This document shows, piece by piece, positions 1 through 14,500 of a stretch of 64,000 bases of DNA. The translations under genes and the position numbers were made by a program. Source of the stretch: Carcharhinus longimanus (taxonomy: Eukaryota); assembly GCA_030264375.1 (NCBI GenBank), contig JASCQW010000132.1, positions 57,981,819 to 58,045,818 of the forward strand, written 5' to 3'. The notes beneath the pieces are model-generated. The model did not search any database, was not told where the DNA came from, and was given only the letters and a program-made list of their open reading frames with translations. The stretch's first letter is position 1; every line of letters starts with the position of its first letter.

Positions 1-113
1 CCCACAAACAACCAGACAGCGATCTGACCTCACACTCCTCCCCCCACAAACAACCAGACAGCGATCTGACCTCACACTCCTCCCCCCACAAACAACCAGA
101 CAGTGATATGACC
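1..113. repeat. 42-bp minisatellite, about 2.7 copies visible
   Basis: Unit cccacaaacaaccagacagcgatctgacctcacactcctccc repeats with period 42; probably internal to a GC-rich element ending near 375. Confidence 0.9.
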
Positions 114-654
114 TGCTTACCCCCACCCCCAAACTTTTATTCAGCAGGTCCGTAACGGTGGTAAAGGAGGAAATGCTGATAGAGTTGGGCGGGCTGTTCA
201 TTAATTCAATTTAAATGCATTTAAATCATTGTTGTGCTCAATTTGGGTGTAGAACGGATCCACATCATTCACAGGTCTCAGTAAAGTTGCAATCTGCTCG
301 ATAAAGGCCTCCCACTTGATTTTACCATGATTTCACACCTGAAAATGAGCGCAAATTGTTGGTAAATTCAGGCCCTGGGGTGTTCTAGCCAGAATGCAAC
401 TGGCGGAGTCCTCTTCTATTCTTGGAGGGACTTAGATGCCCATGTACTGTTTGCAGCAGATTGAGCTGTGACTCAGACTCCAAAAACAGGAATTCTCAGT
501 TTAGGAAGAATCACATTGCGTTGTGTCTGATTTTGTACTGAAATGAGTTATGCTTTAACCGAAAATGAAACTGGGAGATCTCGCTTGGGGTAGAAATTTG
601 TCTCAGGTGGTGGTACAAAATGAGCAGCATCAGACTGACATCCCATCACACACA

Positions 655-1545
655 GTGCCTGGTAAATGTGAGGTAGTACATTTTGGTAGGAAGAATAGGG
701 AGGTTACTTATTACTTGGAAATTGCAAATCTTGGGGAGTAGTTAAGCAAAGTACAAATGCACCAATTACCAAAAGGTGCACCACCAGATTAGCAAAGCCA
801 TAAAAAGGAAGCAATCCAAGTACTTGATTTTATTCCTTGTGGCATGGAATTGAAAAGTAGAGAAGTTATATTAAACCTGTATCGAACCTTGGTTAGACCA
901 TGCTCACATTCCTGTGTGCAGTTCAGGAGACTATTTTATAAACAGGATATAGAGGCACTGAAGAGGTTCCAAGAGGTTTTACAAAGATGTTACCAGAAAT
1001 GCATGGGTACAAAAACAGGAAAGGATTTACAGACTAGGCCATATTTTACATCCAAAAAGACAACTGAGGACTGACTTAAAAGAAGTTTTTAGAATCATGA
1101 AATTTGATTAAGTAGATACATAATAACATTTCTCTCATGGGAATGAGCATTAATAAAGGCCATTAATGTAAAATAGTCACCAAGAAATAATATCCAATAT
1201 GGGGTGCGAAGAAAATTTCTTTACTCAAAGAATGGTGAGAATGTGAAACTCGCTTTCACAAGGAATGGTTGAACTCAACAGGACTGGTATGAGGAGAAAT
1301 TTCTTCATTCAGAGGGTAGTGAGTCTTTGCATTTCTCAATCCCAAATTTTTGTGGGTGCTCCACTGAATATTCAAATTCATATTCAAATCTGGGATAAAT
1401 GTTAAGTCTTTCAGAAATTCAAAGGATATTAGGACAGATGGGAAAGTAGGGTTGAGGCACAAGATCAACCATGATTATATAGAATGATGCAGAAGGTTCA
1501 GGGTTCATTCACATGGTCAACTACTGTTTCTATTTCATAACTCCT
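655..1545 (+). mobile_element. Degraded CR1 LINE, 3' part
   Basis: Residual KCEVVHFGRKN and LYRTLVRP motifs, then the CR1-type 3' tail. Confidence 0.85.
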
Positions 1546-1644
1546 GAAAGTATTATTAACATGTATCGAATGTGATAGAAAGTGTATGTATTGATTTTCA
1601 GAGCCTATTTGATGATGTGCTGTGTACAAGAAGGAAATAAGTCG

Positions 1645-2446
1645 GGGGTGATCTTACCCATCAATCAGCATGATGAGCTGGTTAGATGACGAGAGAAGTG
1701 AAAAACTGGGGTTATGCCTGGTTTCTTCCCTCTGGAGATCTTACCAGTCCTGATCTGCTGGCATAATTAGCCTCACTCCCGGGAAGGGCGCAAGGCTGAT
1801 TATAATATTTAAATCCTGGTTTAAATATTAGTAGGGAACCTGGAACACAATTATCTGGGCTCACTTACCTTAACGGCCTTGCCGGTGGCGGTGCTCATGG
1901 ACAAGGATCATGTATGGTCACCAGCAACGGAAACCAGACATGATGCCCTTACCAGTGAGACTGGAGGCCATTGAGGTCCCCCAGGTGGTCGGGGCAGCAG
2001 CAGGAGGTGCCCCTTAGGCAGTACTATCCTGGCACTCTGGCAGTCCCAACCTGGTACCCTGGCACTGCCCATGGGGTGGGGCCTGAAAGGAAGGCAGGGC
2101 ATGGGGAACTGCATATCTGCATCAGAGATCATCGCCGATGGGGAGAGATGAAGTCTGGGGGGTGGGGGAGGAAGTGAGAGTGAGAATCTCCTAGTGCACT
2201 GTCAAGAATACATAGTGCACTGTGAAATCAGAGCGCATGCACAACAGAGCCTTCTAGCCATCAGAAACCAACTTCCCAGTGTGAATAGAATCCATCCACT
2301 CCCACTATTGGCAAGAATCACACCTTGCCTTTTCTTTTTCTAAGTAACACAAGTTTTGATTTTTTTTCTCTTGCTGAAAAGACAGGTCAGAAACTCTCCT
2401 GTTTTTACACGCCTTTGGCACTTACAATTTTTTTGGTAGATCGCCC
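1645..2446. mobile_element. Non-autonomous GC-rich DNA transposon, probably Harbinger-type
   Basis: Terminal inverted repeats GGGTGATCTTACC ... GGTAGATCGCCC; a truncated copy of the same left end lies at about 12556-12790. Confidence 0.65.
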
Positions 2447-2974
2447 TGTCAAATTGAAATAACTAAAGCTAGAGACCAGAAAGCGGGGGATTACAATAAA
2501 TGGTCTTTCTTGGGTTAAAAACATGTATTTTCATTTATATAGCATCCTTCATAACGACTGGACATCTCAAAGCACTTTACAGCAAATTAAGTTTTTTGAA
2601 ATATAGCCAGTGTTATGATTTAGCAAATGTCATGTAAGATGGCAGTCATGGGTAGTGACTAAAATTCTGTACTCAAACATCATGAAGCCTAGAGTTTCCA
2701 TTCTGTTGCACTGGTATTTCTGCTGCAATTAGTCCAAACTTGGCAAAGTTAAAATAAAAGATCATGGAATTTTGAATGGAAATTACATTCGGCACAAATC
2801 AAAATTCTACAGTCTTGCGCACTAGATGAGAAAACATCAAACTAAAAAAAAGTCACATCCACAAAAATGATCATGACCCATATCAAATTCATCACTCAAG
2901 GGAATTTCTGCAACTTGCAGTGTTTATCAACTTTCGAGGAGGCTTTTAAATTAACTCGTACTACTGGACACAAT

Positions 2975-3272
2975 TAAGTTTAAGTTTATTTATTAGTGTC
3001 ACAAGTAGGCTTACATCAACGCTGCAATGAAGTTACTATGAAAATTCCCTAATTGCCACACTCTGACACTTGTTCAGGTACACTGAGGGAGAATTTCGCG
3101 AGGCTAATACACCTAACCAGCACGTCTTTCAGACTGTGGTGCACCTGTAAAAAAATCCACACAGACACGGGGACAGCGTGCAATCTCTACACACACAGTG
3201 ACCCAAGGCGGGAATTGAACCCGGGTCCTTGGCGTGTGAGGCAACAGTGCTAACCACTGTGCCACCATGCTG
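2975..3272 (-). mobile_element. V-SINE with an alternative, non-HE1 3' tail
   Basis: tRNA-derived head and V-domain, tail gtaacttcattgcagcgttgatgtaagcctacttgtgacactaataaa. Relatives at 49620-50058 (-), 51775-51930 (+) and 26885-26945 (tail only). Confidence 0.85.
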
Positions 3273-3489
3273 TCTGTGGCAGCTGTTAAAAGCTTTGGTT
3301 TTATTTTTGATTTACTGATTACTTTTTTAGCGTTTCATGGAATGTGACTAGGCCAACATTTGATGCTCATTCCTCATTGCCCATATGGCTGTGAGCCATC
3401 TTCTTGAACTGCTGCCATCTATCTAGTGTAAATGCACCCAGAGTACCGTTAGGAAGAAAGCTGTAATATTTTGGTTCTGTGCTGCCACC

Positions 3490-4572
3490 AAACAGTCTGC
3501 AATTGTCCCAACCCTTTCTACAGGTACAAACTGGATGGACATAAGATTGATTAGCATGTGATTGAATGGAATTCAATCTCATTAGTGAGTCTGGCATGCA
3601 ATTGCCCCCCACCACCACCAACCCCCACCCCCACCCCTACCCCTAGAAGGCTCCCACCTTTCTGGCAGGTTGTCAGATCACTACCAGTCTCCACTAGCCA
3701 AGACCAGGCATGATGGCCACGCCGGGGTGAGTGAGGTGGGGGGTGGCTCAGAGGATATTGAAGCACCCGGGCAATCAGGGACATTGTCGGGCAGTGCCCA
3801 TCAGGCAGTGTCCAGCTGGCACACTGGCACTCCCCAATGGACACCGGCTACCAGTTAGGCACTGCCAGTGTGCCAGGGGCAGTGTCAAGGGGGTTGGGCC
3901 TGAGTGGGAGCTATGATGGAGCGAGGCCTAAGTGGGGTCTGTGGTGGTGGGGGCTGGGGGAGGCAGATAAGGGCTATGATGCAGCAGGCCTGAGTGGATT
4001 CTGAAGTGGGGGATCATGCAGGAGAGGAGCATGAAGGGGGCTCAGGAACATGTCATTGGTCAGCAAGGGGGCATGATGGACGGNNNNNNNNNNNNNNNNN
4101 NNNNNNNNNNNNNNNNNNNNNNNNNNNNNNNNNNNNNNNNNNNNNNNNNNNNNNNNNNNNNNNNNNNNNNNNNNNNNNNNNNNGGGGTGTGTTAGGAGTC
4201 TGAGAGGTGGAACCATTGGGAGGTCCCTGAAGCTAGCAATCCATGTTGAAACATACCACTGATGACAGGGGAGTGGGGGAGGTATGGGGTGGGTGATAGA
4301 CTGGGTTCCAATATCTCGGGGAAGAGAAGAGAGGGCTCTCCCAGTGCTATAACAACGAATGACCCTGGCAAAACAGCACCCAAGCACTCTGCAGCCAGGT
4401 TCATTGGTGTGTTTAGCGCCCCTCCGTACCAGCACGCAACACGCCATTATCTTAAAAGTCGATCTGAGAGTGGGATAATTGCAGTGCAAAGCATGCCTGA
4501 GACACCAGCGTGGATCACTCTGGTTTTCTCACCATTATGACATTCTGTTTTTTTGGGGGGACATTTAGCTCC
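3490..4572. mobile_element. GC-rich non-autonomous DNA element containing a gap
   Basis: Internal ggcactgcc/ggcagtgcc motifs; the right end resembles the reverse complement of the left end of the 29957 element. Confidence 0.5.
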
Positions 4573-4574
4573 AA

Positions 4575-5125
4575 GTCTGGAATACTGTGGATAGTTTAGA
4601 CTTCCTTAATTAAGAATGGATGTACATGTTTTAGAAACAGGTCAGAAGACATTCACCTGACTGATACCTGGGATGGGGGGTGGGGGAGCACGTTACCTTA
4701 TGAGGAAAGGTTGGATATGCTTAGCCTGTATCCATTGAAGTTTGATAGATTAAGGGGTGACCTTATCGAAGTATACAAGATCCTGAAGATGCTTGGCATG
4801 ATGGATGCTGAAATGATGTTTAGCCTTGTGGGAGAGGGTAGCGCTGGAGGGCTCAGTTTGAAAATAAAGGGTCTTCCATTTAAGCAAGAAATGAGAAGAC
4901 ATTTTTCGTCTCAGACGAATATGAGTCATTGGAACCCTCTTCTCCAGTGGAAGGAGGGTCACTTAATATTTCTAAGGTTGAGGGGAAGAGATCTTGAGTC
5001 AAAGGTTATTGGAGTCGTGGAATGTGCAGATGTGGCCACAATCAGCTCAGCCATGATCACATTGAAAAGTGGAACAGGCTCAAGGGGCTGAATAGCCTGC
5101 GTCTGCTCCTAACTTGTATGTTTGT
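4575..5125 (+). mobile_element. CR1 LINE 3' fragment
   Basis: RLRGDLIEVYKIL motif plus CR1 3' tail. Confidence 0.9.
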
Positions 5126-5404
5126 TTGTACATTTTCATTCGGCTCTCTAGAAAAAGGGATCCCAGGCACATCTTGAGTTTATTTTTGGAGGGGAACAAC
5201 CCCACTTGCTTGAAAACTCCCCAGCTGAAACTTGTGAACTTTTTGATACACAGGCAGTCAGAAATGGAACTTATTTCAAGGGATTTATTCCTGTATTCAT
5301 AAACTTAGGCTGATTCTGTGGTAAATATATTGGGCATATTGCAGCCTCCAGCAATGCATGTGTTCCTTCAACCTCCCCATCCAACTTTATCATTAATAAT
5401 AGCT

Positions 5405-5542
5405 TTACCTTAAAGTCTTGATATCCGTAATGTCTGGTTCAGAATTGTGTTCTCTTCCTGATACCAAAAGTTTATAAAACTGCAGATTATTTCTGAATAG
5501 TTCTTCTTCAAGTTTGTAAATTTTATGTTCCAAATGATTTTC
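5405..5542 (-). CDS. PKD1L1: Probable further or terminal PKD1L1 exon (ENHLEHKIYKLEEELFRNNLQFYKLLVSGREHNSEPDITDIKTLR*)
   Basis: Acceptor atacttttcag in phase 0; 45 open codons in AT-rich DNA; ends AGG TAA, which overlaps a donor AG|gtaaag at 5409. Confidence 0.6.
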   Translation of the reverse strand, partial: ENHLEHKIYKLEEELFRNNLQFYKLLVSGREHNSEPDITDIKTLR

Positions 5543-8500
5543 CTGAAAAGTATGATTCCATAATAGAAAATATGATTAAATGTTTCTGCACATAATCTGC
5601 GATTAGCAGCCAGCATACATGCAGATCTCTCAATAATGTAAATGCACATTATGCTGTGAGGTGATCCAGCGTAATTTTACCATCGGCTTGAGAGAAAGGT
5701 AAATGGGTGCTCAGTCAATACTGCTCATATTAATCACTGTCAGATCCACAGCCTCAGGTCAACTTGCTCACTTTCTTCCTGCTATGGAAATATCCCATCA
5801 TGTGTTATGATGGGGGAAATCAGAGATCCCAACCTATGTTTGTCACATTCAAACAAATATGCTCATTGCTGCAAACCTTACAAATTATTTTCGATAAGTT
5901 AAGCATGAAGGAATACATGAAATAGGTGACCAGAAATTATGATGATGATGGGAGAGCGAGGGGGGGGGAGGTTTCATTAAGGCTGCATGAGTTATTATAC
6001 TGTGGATAATATTTGAATATTAGTAATCTAACCTCAGCTCGCTGGTTGAAGTAATAGCCAGGACCCAATCCATACGGGCTGTCCTCCAAAAAATGTGGTT
6101 TTGCTGGGAGAGAGTGATGAAGACTGTTTGAGAGCGCATTGAGTCGAAACAACAACTCATCCATCAAGTTTTCAAACTCATCCAAGTAGAAGTTCTATTA
6201 AAAAAAAAACAACGTATTAAATTGTTGAACTCTGGTGTAACATTCTTTTCATTCTAGGTTCATAGAATACTAGTACAGAAAGAGGCCATTCAGCCTATCT
6301 GGTCTGCACTGACCACAATCCCTATCCCCATAATCCCATTTATTTACCCTAGCTAGTCCCCCTAACACTAAGGGGCAATTTAGTATGGTCAATCCACCTA
6401 ACCCACACATCCCTCTCTTACTACTTATCTGGCCTTCCTGTGTCACACAAGACATTTCAAATCATCATTTATTTTTTCAAATCCTTCTACAGCTTTAGCC
6501 TATTTTCCTTCTTCGATCTTCTCAAGCCCCATGTCCAACTGCATACCCTTTGTTGTAATAATTCTAGTCTACATTTCACCCTTTCCTCGACTAGTCAAAA
6601 ATCATTTAAGATTTAAGATTAACCTCTTTCACCTTCAAAACTCTCAAAACCTACCTCAAAGATTTAATCACCTGCCCTAATAGTTCTTTTACTTCTGTAT
6701 ATTTTTCTCCCACTTGAAGCTTCCCTGCATGACTGTATTGAGATAAATGGGGACAGCACATTGTTTAGCACTGCTGCCTCACAGCACCAGGAACTCAGGT
6801 TCGCTTCCTACCTTAGGTGACTGTCTGTGTGGAGTTTGCATGTTCTCCCCTATACCCGTCTATATGGATTTCCTCCAGGTGCTCCGGCTTCCTTCACAGT
6901 CCAAAAGATGTGCAAATTGGATTGATTGGCCATGTTAAACGCATAGGGTTAAGGGATACGAGAGGGTGGGCTTGGGTAGGATGCTCTTTTGGAGAGTTGA
7001 TGGGCTGAATGGCTTCCTTCTGCACTGTAGGGATTCTACTGTTAACAGAGTAATTGGTGTAAATCCCTAGCTTACCATCCATCCATGCATTCTTACTCTA
7101 ACTCACCATCCACAATTAACTAAATGTTATAGATCTTAACAAATAATAAATTTATTAATGAAACAATGTATTCCAGGCAAAACAGTACTTCACAAACAAA
7201 GCTCAACGTTTGTCAATTTGCACCCTCAGTTCAAAAACCTAGTCCTGCTAGAAAATATTTGAATGTGGCATCTTTAGGAAAATGGTTTGTAGTTGGATCA
7301 CTATAGATCTGAGGTGACTGGGTAAACCAGGGATAACATAAGGAAAATCATCTTTAAACATCAAGTTATGATGAACTGGAAGCACTGCCTACAGAGTGGC
7401 AGATGTTGAGTTATATGGTTATAAAAATGTTTTACGTTCTGCCTATTTGTTAATTCAATGGTAACTTTCAAAAATTGGATAAATACTTGAAGAAGAAGAA
7501 TTTACAAAGCAATGGGAATGAGGAGTGGGACAAATTGATTAACTCATTCAAAGAGCTCACACAAGTATGATGGGCAGAAAGACCTTCTGTGCTGTGTCAT
7601 TCTCCAGTTTTCATAAACATATTCTGGTTTTGATTTGAATTATGCAATACACATCTCATTCACACACATTTAGGGTGGCATGGTGCAGCACTGCTTCCTC
7701 ATGACGCTAGGGATCCAGGTTCAAATCTGGCCTCGGGTCACTATCTGTGTGCAATTTACACATTCTCCCCATGTCTGCATGGGTTTCTTCTGCGTGCTCC
7801 GGTTTCCTCCCACAGTCCAAAGATGTATGGGTTAGATTGATTGACCATGCTAAATTGTCCCTTAGTGTCTCCTGGGATGCACAGATTAGAGGGATTGGCG
7901 GGGTAAATATGTGGGGTGATGGGGATAGGACCTAGGTGAGATTGTTGTTGATACAGACTCGATGGGCCGAATGACCTCCTTTGTACTATAGGAATTATTA
8001 TTATCTCAGTAGTAAAGTATTACAGGTGGCTGAAAGATCATTACTGTCCATGAGTTACATTGTGTCCAAATAAGATATTAAAAGTGGAATTTTTATTTGA
8101 TCCTGTTGTGTGTATTAATGTTGTCCTCAGCTTAATTGCACTATTTCCACTTGCAGCAGGAAAATGAATCACTTCCTTTTCTAGCGCACAAGAATGACTT
8201 ACACATGCAAAATAAATGAACATCAAAGTGCAGGCATTTCTCTCGAGACATACTGAACCACATAGCCATTTGAAAGCAATATATCTTTTGACACCTTGAA
8301 GTCTATTGCTGCTTACCAAATTACAATACAAATATTTTGGAAAATTGTTCCAGTGGGTTACAGTGGAAGTCTCCACCTGTGCCCAGTTCCAGACAAAAAC
8401 CTCCCTCAATTCCGCGAATGCCTCAGCATTTCCTTGCTTCCACCAACACACTCAGCAAAATTTGTTAATTCATTAAGAACCATAATTTGACAGAGTATTT

Positions 8501-11500
8501 ATCATCCAAAATACAGAATTAAGTGAATGATCAGGAGAAATCTATTCTCAATACTCCCCTTCTCTGAATTGATGCAATGGGAAACAGTTCTTGCCTGTTT
8601 TCAGTCTCTAAACATCTTGCAGCAGACTATTAACATAATAAAGATGCTGCCTGTGAAAAGAGCTGTACAATCAAGACATCTGAAAAAGGGAAATGGCTCT
8701 TGGTTTCATTGTTGTTAACACATTAACAGGAAACAAAATGGAAAAAAAATATTGGCTAAGCAACAGCAAACTGAGCCTTGTTGTTGGAGTAGAATGCTAT
8801 TGGGGTTTTAGCAAAAAGGCAAACGTCACTGATCAAATAAAATGACCAATATTTGTTTAATCACAATGCGAAAGCAAACATGGTCAACATACAACATTGC
8901 TATTTAGCAACATGTCAATTAAAAGGGACTTTTTCAAAATATTTAAATAACTTGCAGAGTTTAGATAGATTTTCTTTTGAAAAACAAAATTCCATAATGT
9001 TTGTTTGTCACTACAAATTAATATCTTCCTTTGGATCAAATGCGGGATAAAGGGCTATGGGGAAAGGCAGGGAAGTGGAGTTATGATGAAATGGAGGTCA
9101 GCCATGATTATTTGGAATGGCGGAGCAGGCACAAAGAGCTGTATTGCTTACTCTTGCTCCTAATTCCTATGTTTCCTCTTGAATGGCCACAAGTGAAAAT
9201 ATTAATTTCTGCAACCTTATCCCTTTCTGGAATTTTTCTTTTACATATAGATAATTTAAAATAAAAACACAAATTAACTTTGTAATGTTTCCTATCACAG
9301 ACATGCCACTGTGACCAAGGTGATAATTCTGAAGCAGATGCTGTAGACCACGTTCATGATGAAATTTTCACGATGCATGTGGCAATGCAAATGCGGCTTT
9401 TTGTTGTCATGTAGTAATTTTCCCCTCTGTTTCAAAACCACTGTAATCACACCACTCTTCAGAATTTCCTCCACTGTTCTGGAAAAAAACTACCTCTGCA
9501 TCTTCAACATTCTTTTCCTCTTGAAGCTTCTTGAGACTGTCACCTCCCAACTGTATCTTTAAAACTTTCCGATCGGATTTTCATCATGGCCCAGCACCAA
9601 AATAGTCATTCAGAAGTTGAATGATATCGGCTGTGACTATAACTATGGAACATTTTTCATCCATGACCTCACTGCAGTCAACATTATCACTGACTTCCAA
9701 CACATTTCTCCCAGCCGCTGGTCTTAACCCATCTGCTCATCATGCAGATGTCACCTCCAAACATGAGAAATACAATGCTCTGCTGCCTGGTGCTTTATCC
9801 AACAACTGGCCCATTCTTCAGCTCCCTGTAAACTTCAGCTAATCCAAAACACGGCTGCTCTTTGTTTACATTTTAATGTAAGACTTTGGACAGGATCAGG
9901 GCAAATTTGAGTCAGATGCCTATTTTATATCCATCCGATTTTATTCCCCATTTATTTCAATGGACAATAAATTCACACGGTATAAACTGCACATCTGGCC
10001 CAAACCTATTGGGTGGGATTTTCCGGCCTCATTCACCCTGAAACCAGAAAATCCAGCCCAAGGTCAATGGACCTTTCAATAGTCCATCCCTCACCCGCTC
10101 CGATTCCTGTAGCAGGCGGGATGGCAAAATTCACCTCCTGATCTTCCCTCTTTTCCTGTCAGCCAGTTTAAATTAAAATTAGGCTTCTCCAGTTTAGAAT
10201 TCCCATCCTTCTGTCTCAACTCTTTTGTGGCACAGTTCCTTTCTATTTCTGTATCCTCTAATCCATTAAGCTTCCCTTCCACTATTGATGTCTCTGTCCC
10301 TCTAAGTCTTACCATGCCTAGCAACCAATCTTCCAGCCATCTCTTGCTCATGTACTGCTACATGAACTCCAGTGGTTGAAGAAGGAAGCTCACCACCAGC
10401 TTCTCAACAGCAATCAGGGATGAGCAATAAATGCTGGCTTAGCCAGCGACATCACATCCTGTGAATTAATATATTAAAAGAAGTGGGAAATATATGTTAA
10501 ACTCCAAGCAAAATGCTATTTTAGATTCCAATTCATCCCACTAAGGTAATCTTGTCCCATTTTGATTTCCTTTTGTTTTCAAGTTTTGACTCTTTTTACA
10601 CCTGAAACTCCTTTTTTAAAAATATTTTACCTTCCTTCCCTTTCTCAAGTTCTCTGGCACCTGCGTCATCAACAGCTAAAAGGGCAGGTGCTCTTCTGCC
10701 AACTCTGTGCCAATGAAGCACTGAACCAGTGCCACTTCAAATCTTGATTTTGAGCCTTCATGTGGAAATATGCGATTATATTGCCCAAGGCTGTGGCTGA
10801 GAACAGCACTGCACAGTTTTGGCATTAATACAAATAGGCATCCTAGCACTGCAGGCTACAGTGAGCCAAAGCTTTAACATTCAGCGCTACTATGTTGCCT
10901 TTCATCTGATACCCTGACATATTCTGAGTATAAAGTGCATGTGTTTTGAGGCATTACATTTCCTTGAGTTGAATCATGGTCTATTTCTCTGTTTTGGTTT
11001 CTTCCCACAAAAGTCATAATGTTCTCCCAGGCATAAACTGCTACTTCAGTGAATGTCACCAGGTGTTTACTTCGCGATGACTTCTTTGCCTCTTCTGCCA
11101 TTGAGGTAAGAATCCCTATGAACTGAAGCAGAGAAATGTAATTAGGACGTGCTTAACCCAGCTATCATCATCAAATACCATATCTTCATATGGCATCATC
11201 ACTGTGAACAAGAAGTTAAATAAGAACAAGAGTTATGCAAAAGTAGAATTGCAAGAGACACAGACCTGCCAGGGATGATGACTGCTCTGGACTCATGGGG
11301 AGTCTAGGAGTAAATTGAGGTTGACTTCTCAGGTCAATCCACTGTAATGAGATGATCTACAAACACTGGATTAGATCATGGGATCCTGGGATCTGAAGAA
11401 CTCTGAAGGGAGTACTCAAGGTCTGGTAGTGAGAGTGGCCAGGGAACATGAGACCTGCAGTTCTTTAAAAATTAGTTTATAGGATGCCAGTGCCACCAGC

Positions 11501-14500
11501 AAGGTCAACATTTATTGCCAACCCCTAATGGTACTTAAAAAGGTTGTGGAAGCTTTTTGGGCGGGAATTCCAGAATTCTGACCCAGCAACATTGTAGGAA
11601 TGGTGAGATATTTTCAAGTCAGGGTGATCGGTGGCTTGAAGGGGAACTTTCAGCCAGTTGTGTTCCCATGTGCCTACTGCCCTTGTCCTTCTAGTGGTAG
11701 AGGTTGTTGATTTGGACAGTGCTTCATACATCGCTAAAGCACGTGTTGTTGATGGTCTACACTGCAACCATGGTGCATCAGTGGTGAAGGAAGTAAATGT
11801 TTAAGATGGTGAATGAGGTGCCAGTCAAGCAAGCTGCTTTGTCTTCGATGGTGTCAAGTTTCTTGAGTGCGTTGGAGCTGTATTCAACCAAAGAAGTAGG
11901 GAATATTCCATCACATTCCTGCTTGTATCTTGTCAATGGTGCACAGGTTCTGGGGTGTCAGGGGGTGAGTTACAAACTTCAGAATTTCCAGGCCCTGACT
12001 TGCTCTTGTAACTAGTGTTTATGTGGCAGTTCTAAATTTTTCGTCAATAGTAGCCCCAAAATGTTGACTGTTAAGGATTCAGTGATGGTAATATTGATCA
12101 ATGTCACGAGATGGTGAGGTTCAGCTTCTTGGAGAAAGTCATTCCCTGGTATTCTGAGGCATGAAGGTTATCAGGGTTATGACCATTGGGGAGGATAATA
12201 AATAGTGAGGGAAGAAAATCCAAAGGCAGGAGATTTTGGCACTCAGGGCTTTGAAGGAAGTTTTGAAATGTTTGGAGTTGCTAGAATCTCAACATGGTCA
12301 AAGACTCTTGTGAGGGTAATATGTCAATGGGACCCAAATTACTAATAGCTCCTTGTAAATTATCAGGCCTCTACCCACATGTTTCTTTCAAGTCCAGAAC
12401 ACTCACTAGCACATTCCCATTGTCAGCCAGTTCCTATCTTTAATGCTCTTGTCTTTAGGCATTTTAGCGAAAAATTGTGAATCTGGTGTACATAATGTCC
12501 CCACTCTCACTGAACTTCCAGCCTTTCAATTCTCTCACTGTCACTGAATACCCAGGGGGCAATCTTACCATCTTGTCACACTGGTTGATCGGTGTGGTGA
12601 GCTGGTAAGATTACAATAGAGGCGAAAAACCAGGATGGCTCTCGGTTTCTTGCCTCTCGCGATTTTACAGCCCCGATCTGCCGACGTAATCAGCTTCGTG
12701 GCCTTTGTGAGCTCGGGACGCAATGTCCAGGCTCCCTTGCCTTAACAGCCTGGCTGGTGGAGGTCCTCACTGGCGAGGATCACATATGGTCCCCACAATG
12801 TCCCCAAGCCATCCATTTCCAATTTATTATTTTCCTCCTCCTTCTTTTCTTGCTACTCCTGTCAGATCCTTTTAACCATCATTCTGTTTCTTCCCATTTC
12901 TCCCCTCTCAGGTGTTCTGCCTACTCAAACCCCTCCTATAACCTTCAACACTCTTCAACCTTCCTACTCTCCTGCCACTATCCCAGGCAGGATTAATTCC
13001 CTCTTAGGTAAGCCTACAGTTCCCTCTGTACCTTTCTTGGCATCATTCCCAAGAGTCTACTCAATGCTGTCTCCTCACAAGCAGCAACCCCAGCTGTCCC
13101 ATTCTACTCTCCCACCAATCTTCCTGACCAGCACCCTGGCTGGGGGCTGATCTTTCCTTCCTGGTCACTTCACCCTTCCCAGTGCTGATCCCATGGACTC
13201 TGCCTCTTGTCCAGCTATCACTGTTCTTCATATCTCTCTCCAAAACATCCATTCAGTTGTGAACAAAGCCCTTGCCATCCATGTGAATAACTGCATTGGG
13301 AACAAGACTTTGACAGATGTCAATGAGGTCTCCCCACCTACGACACATTCCATCTCTTGTCTTACCCAAATTATCACAGTGATGATGGGGTAGCTATGGA
13401 GTGGTTATTACCAATCATACCTTGGTCTGTCCTCATTCCTCTGGTGCTTTCACCTTCTCTGAATAACTTACCTTGCTGTATTCCTTCAAACTCTCATGCA
13501 AAATCATTATCCTCGACCACTTGCCCAAGTGCTATACCAAATTCCTCCTTCAGCCTCCAGGCCAGGTAAATTCACATCTATTTAAAGTTCCAGCTCAATT
13601 CATTATTCGATCTTTCTCCTCTCAGTTCCTATCCTCCCTTCATCTCATTTTCCATGTAACAACAACCGCCTAAACCATTTCCATTCATATTCTGTATCAT
13701 TCGGGGAAAAAAAATCAAACTGCCAAGTGGTGCTGGGTTCTTGAGGAGTTTGACATGGAGCATTGGCCTTTGCTTCTATCCCAATAGGTGATGGGAATGA
13801 AGTTATCACTGATTATGTAGTTGTAATGGAAATGTGGCACAGACTGTGCTCTGAACAGGAGGTACACCCACAGTGTTGCGAGGGAGGAACTAACAAATGA
13901 ATGTGATTACATAGTTAGACAAATGGCTAGATGAACAAGAACGCAAAGGGAAATGCAATGTTATTGCACTAATGTGTCTGAGAAAATGATCTTCCCAGAA
14001 TTTCAGTAAAATAATCAAAAGATCCATAGATGATTTCTTAAGTCAAAACAATAGTTTATTTACATTGAGCAGTCGAACTTCACTGCTATTCTCCAGGCCT
14101 ATTCATTTGATGATGAATGACAGTGTTTTCCATTGCTTTCATTATGTTACTCTAACTTTTCAGAATTGTTTTATTAATACACTGCAACAAAATAGCACCT
14201 AATGCAGCATTACCAATGTTACCAATAGGCAACAGAAATTTTCCAGGTAAGGTATTCCTGCAGCTGATGAAAGACTCAAAGCAGAGACAATAACTTTTTA
14301 AAGAGACAAAAATAGAAAATGCTGGAAAGTTTCAGAATAAAGCTGACATCTAGGCTCGAAACATTGGCTCCACTCTCCCTCCACAGATGCTGTCAGACTT
14401 GCTGAGATTTTTCAGCATTTTAAGTTTTTGTTTCAGATTCCAGAATTCGCAGTATTTTGCCTTTCAAAGATGTTCAAAGTAACTCAAATTCAAGGTCTGG

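Noticed and set aside
1-113. Regularly spaced repeats resembling a CRISPR array
   Set aside because: The units are contiguous with no unique spacers, and the DNA is eukaryotic; this is a minisatellite.
5147-5290. Possible further phase-2 exon (NKSLEISSISDCLC...DPFF*)
   Set aside because: Poor polypyrimidine tract and no recognisable homology; could be a chance open frame.
5410-5457. Alternative last exon EENTILNQTLRISRL*
   Set aside because: Weaker acceptor, and it lies inside the longer open exon 5542-5405 in another frame; cannot be fully excluded without cDNA.
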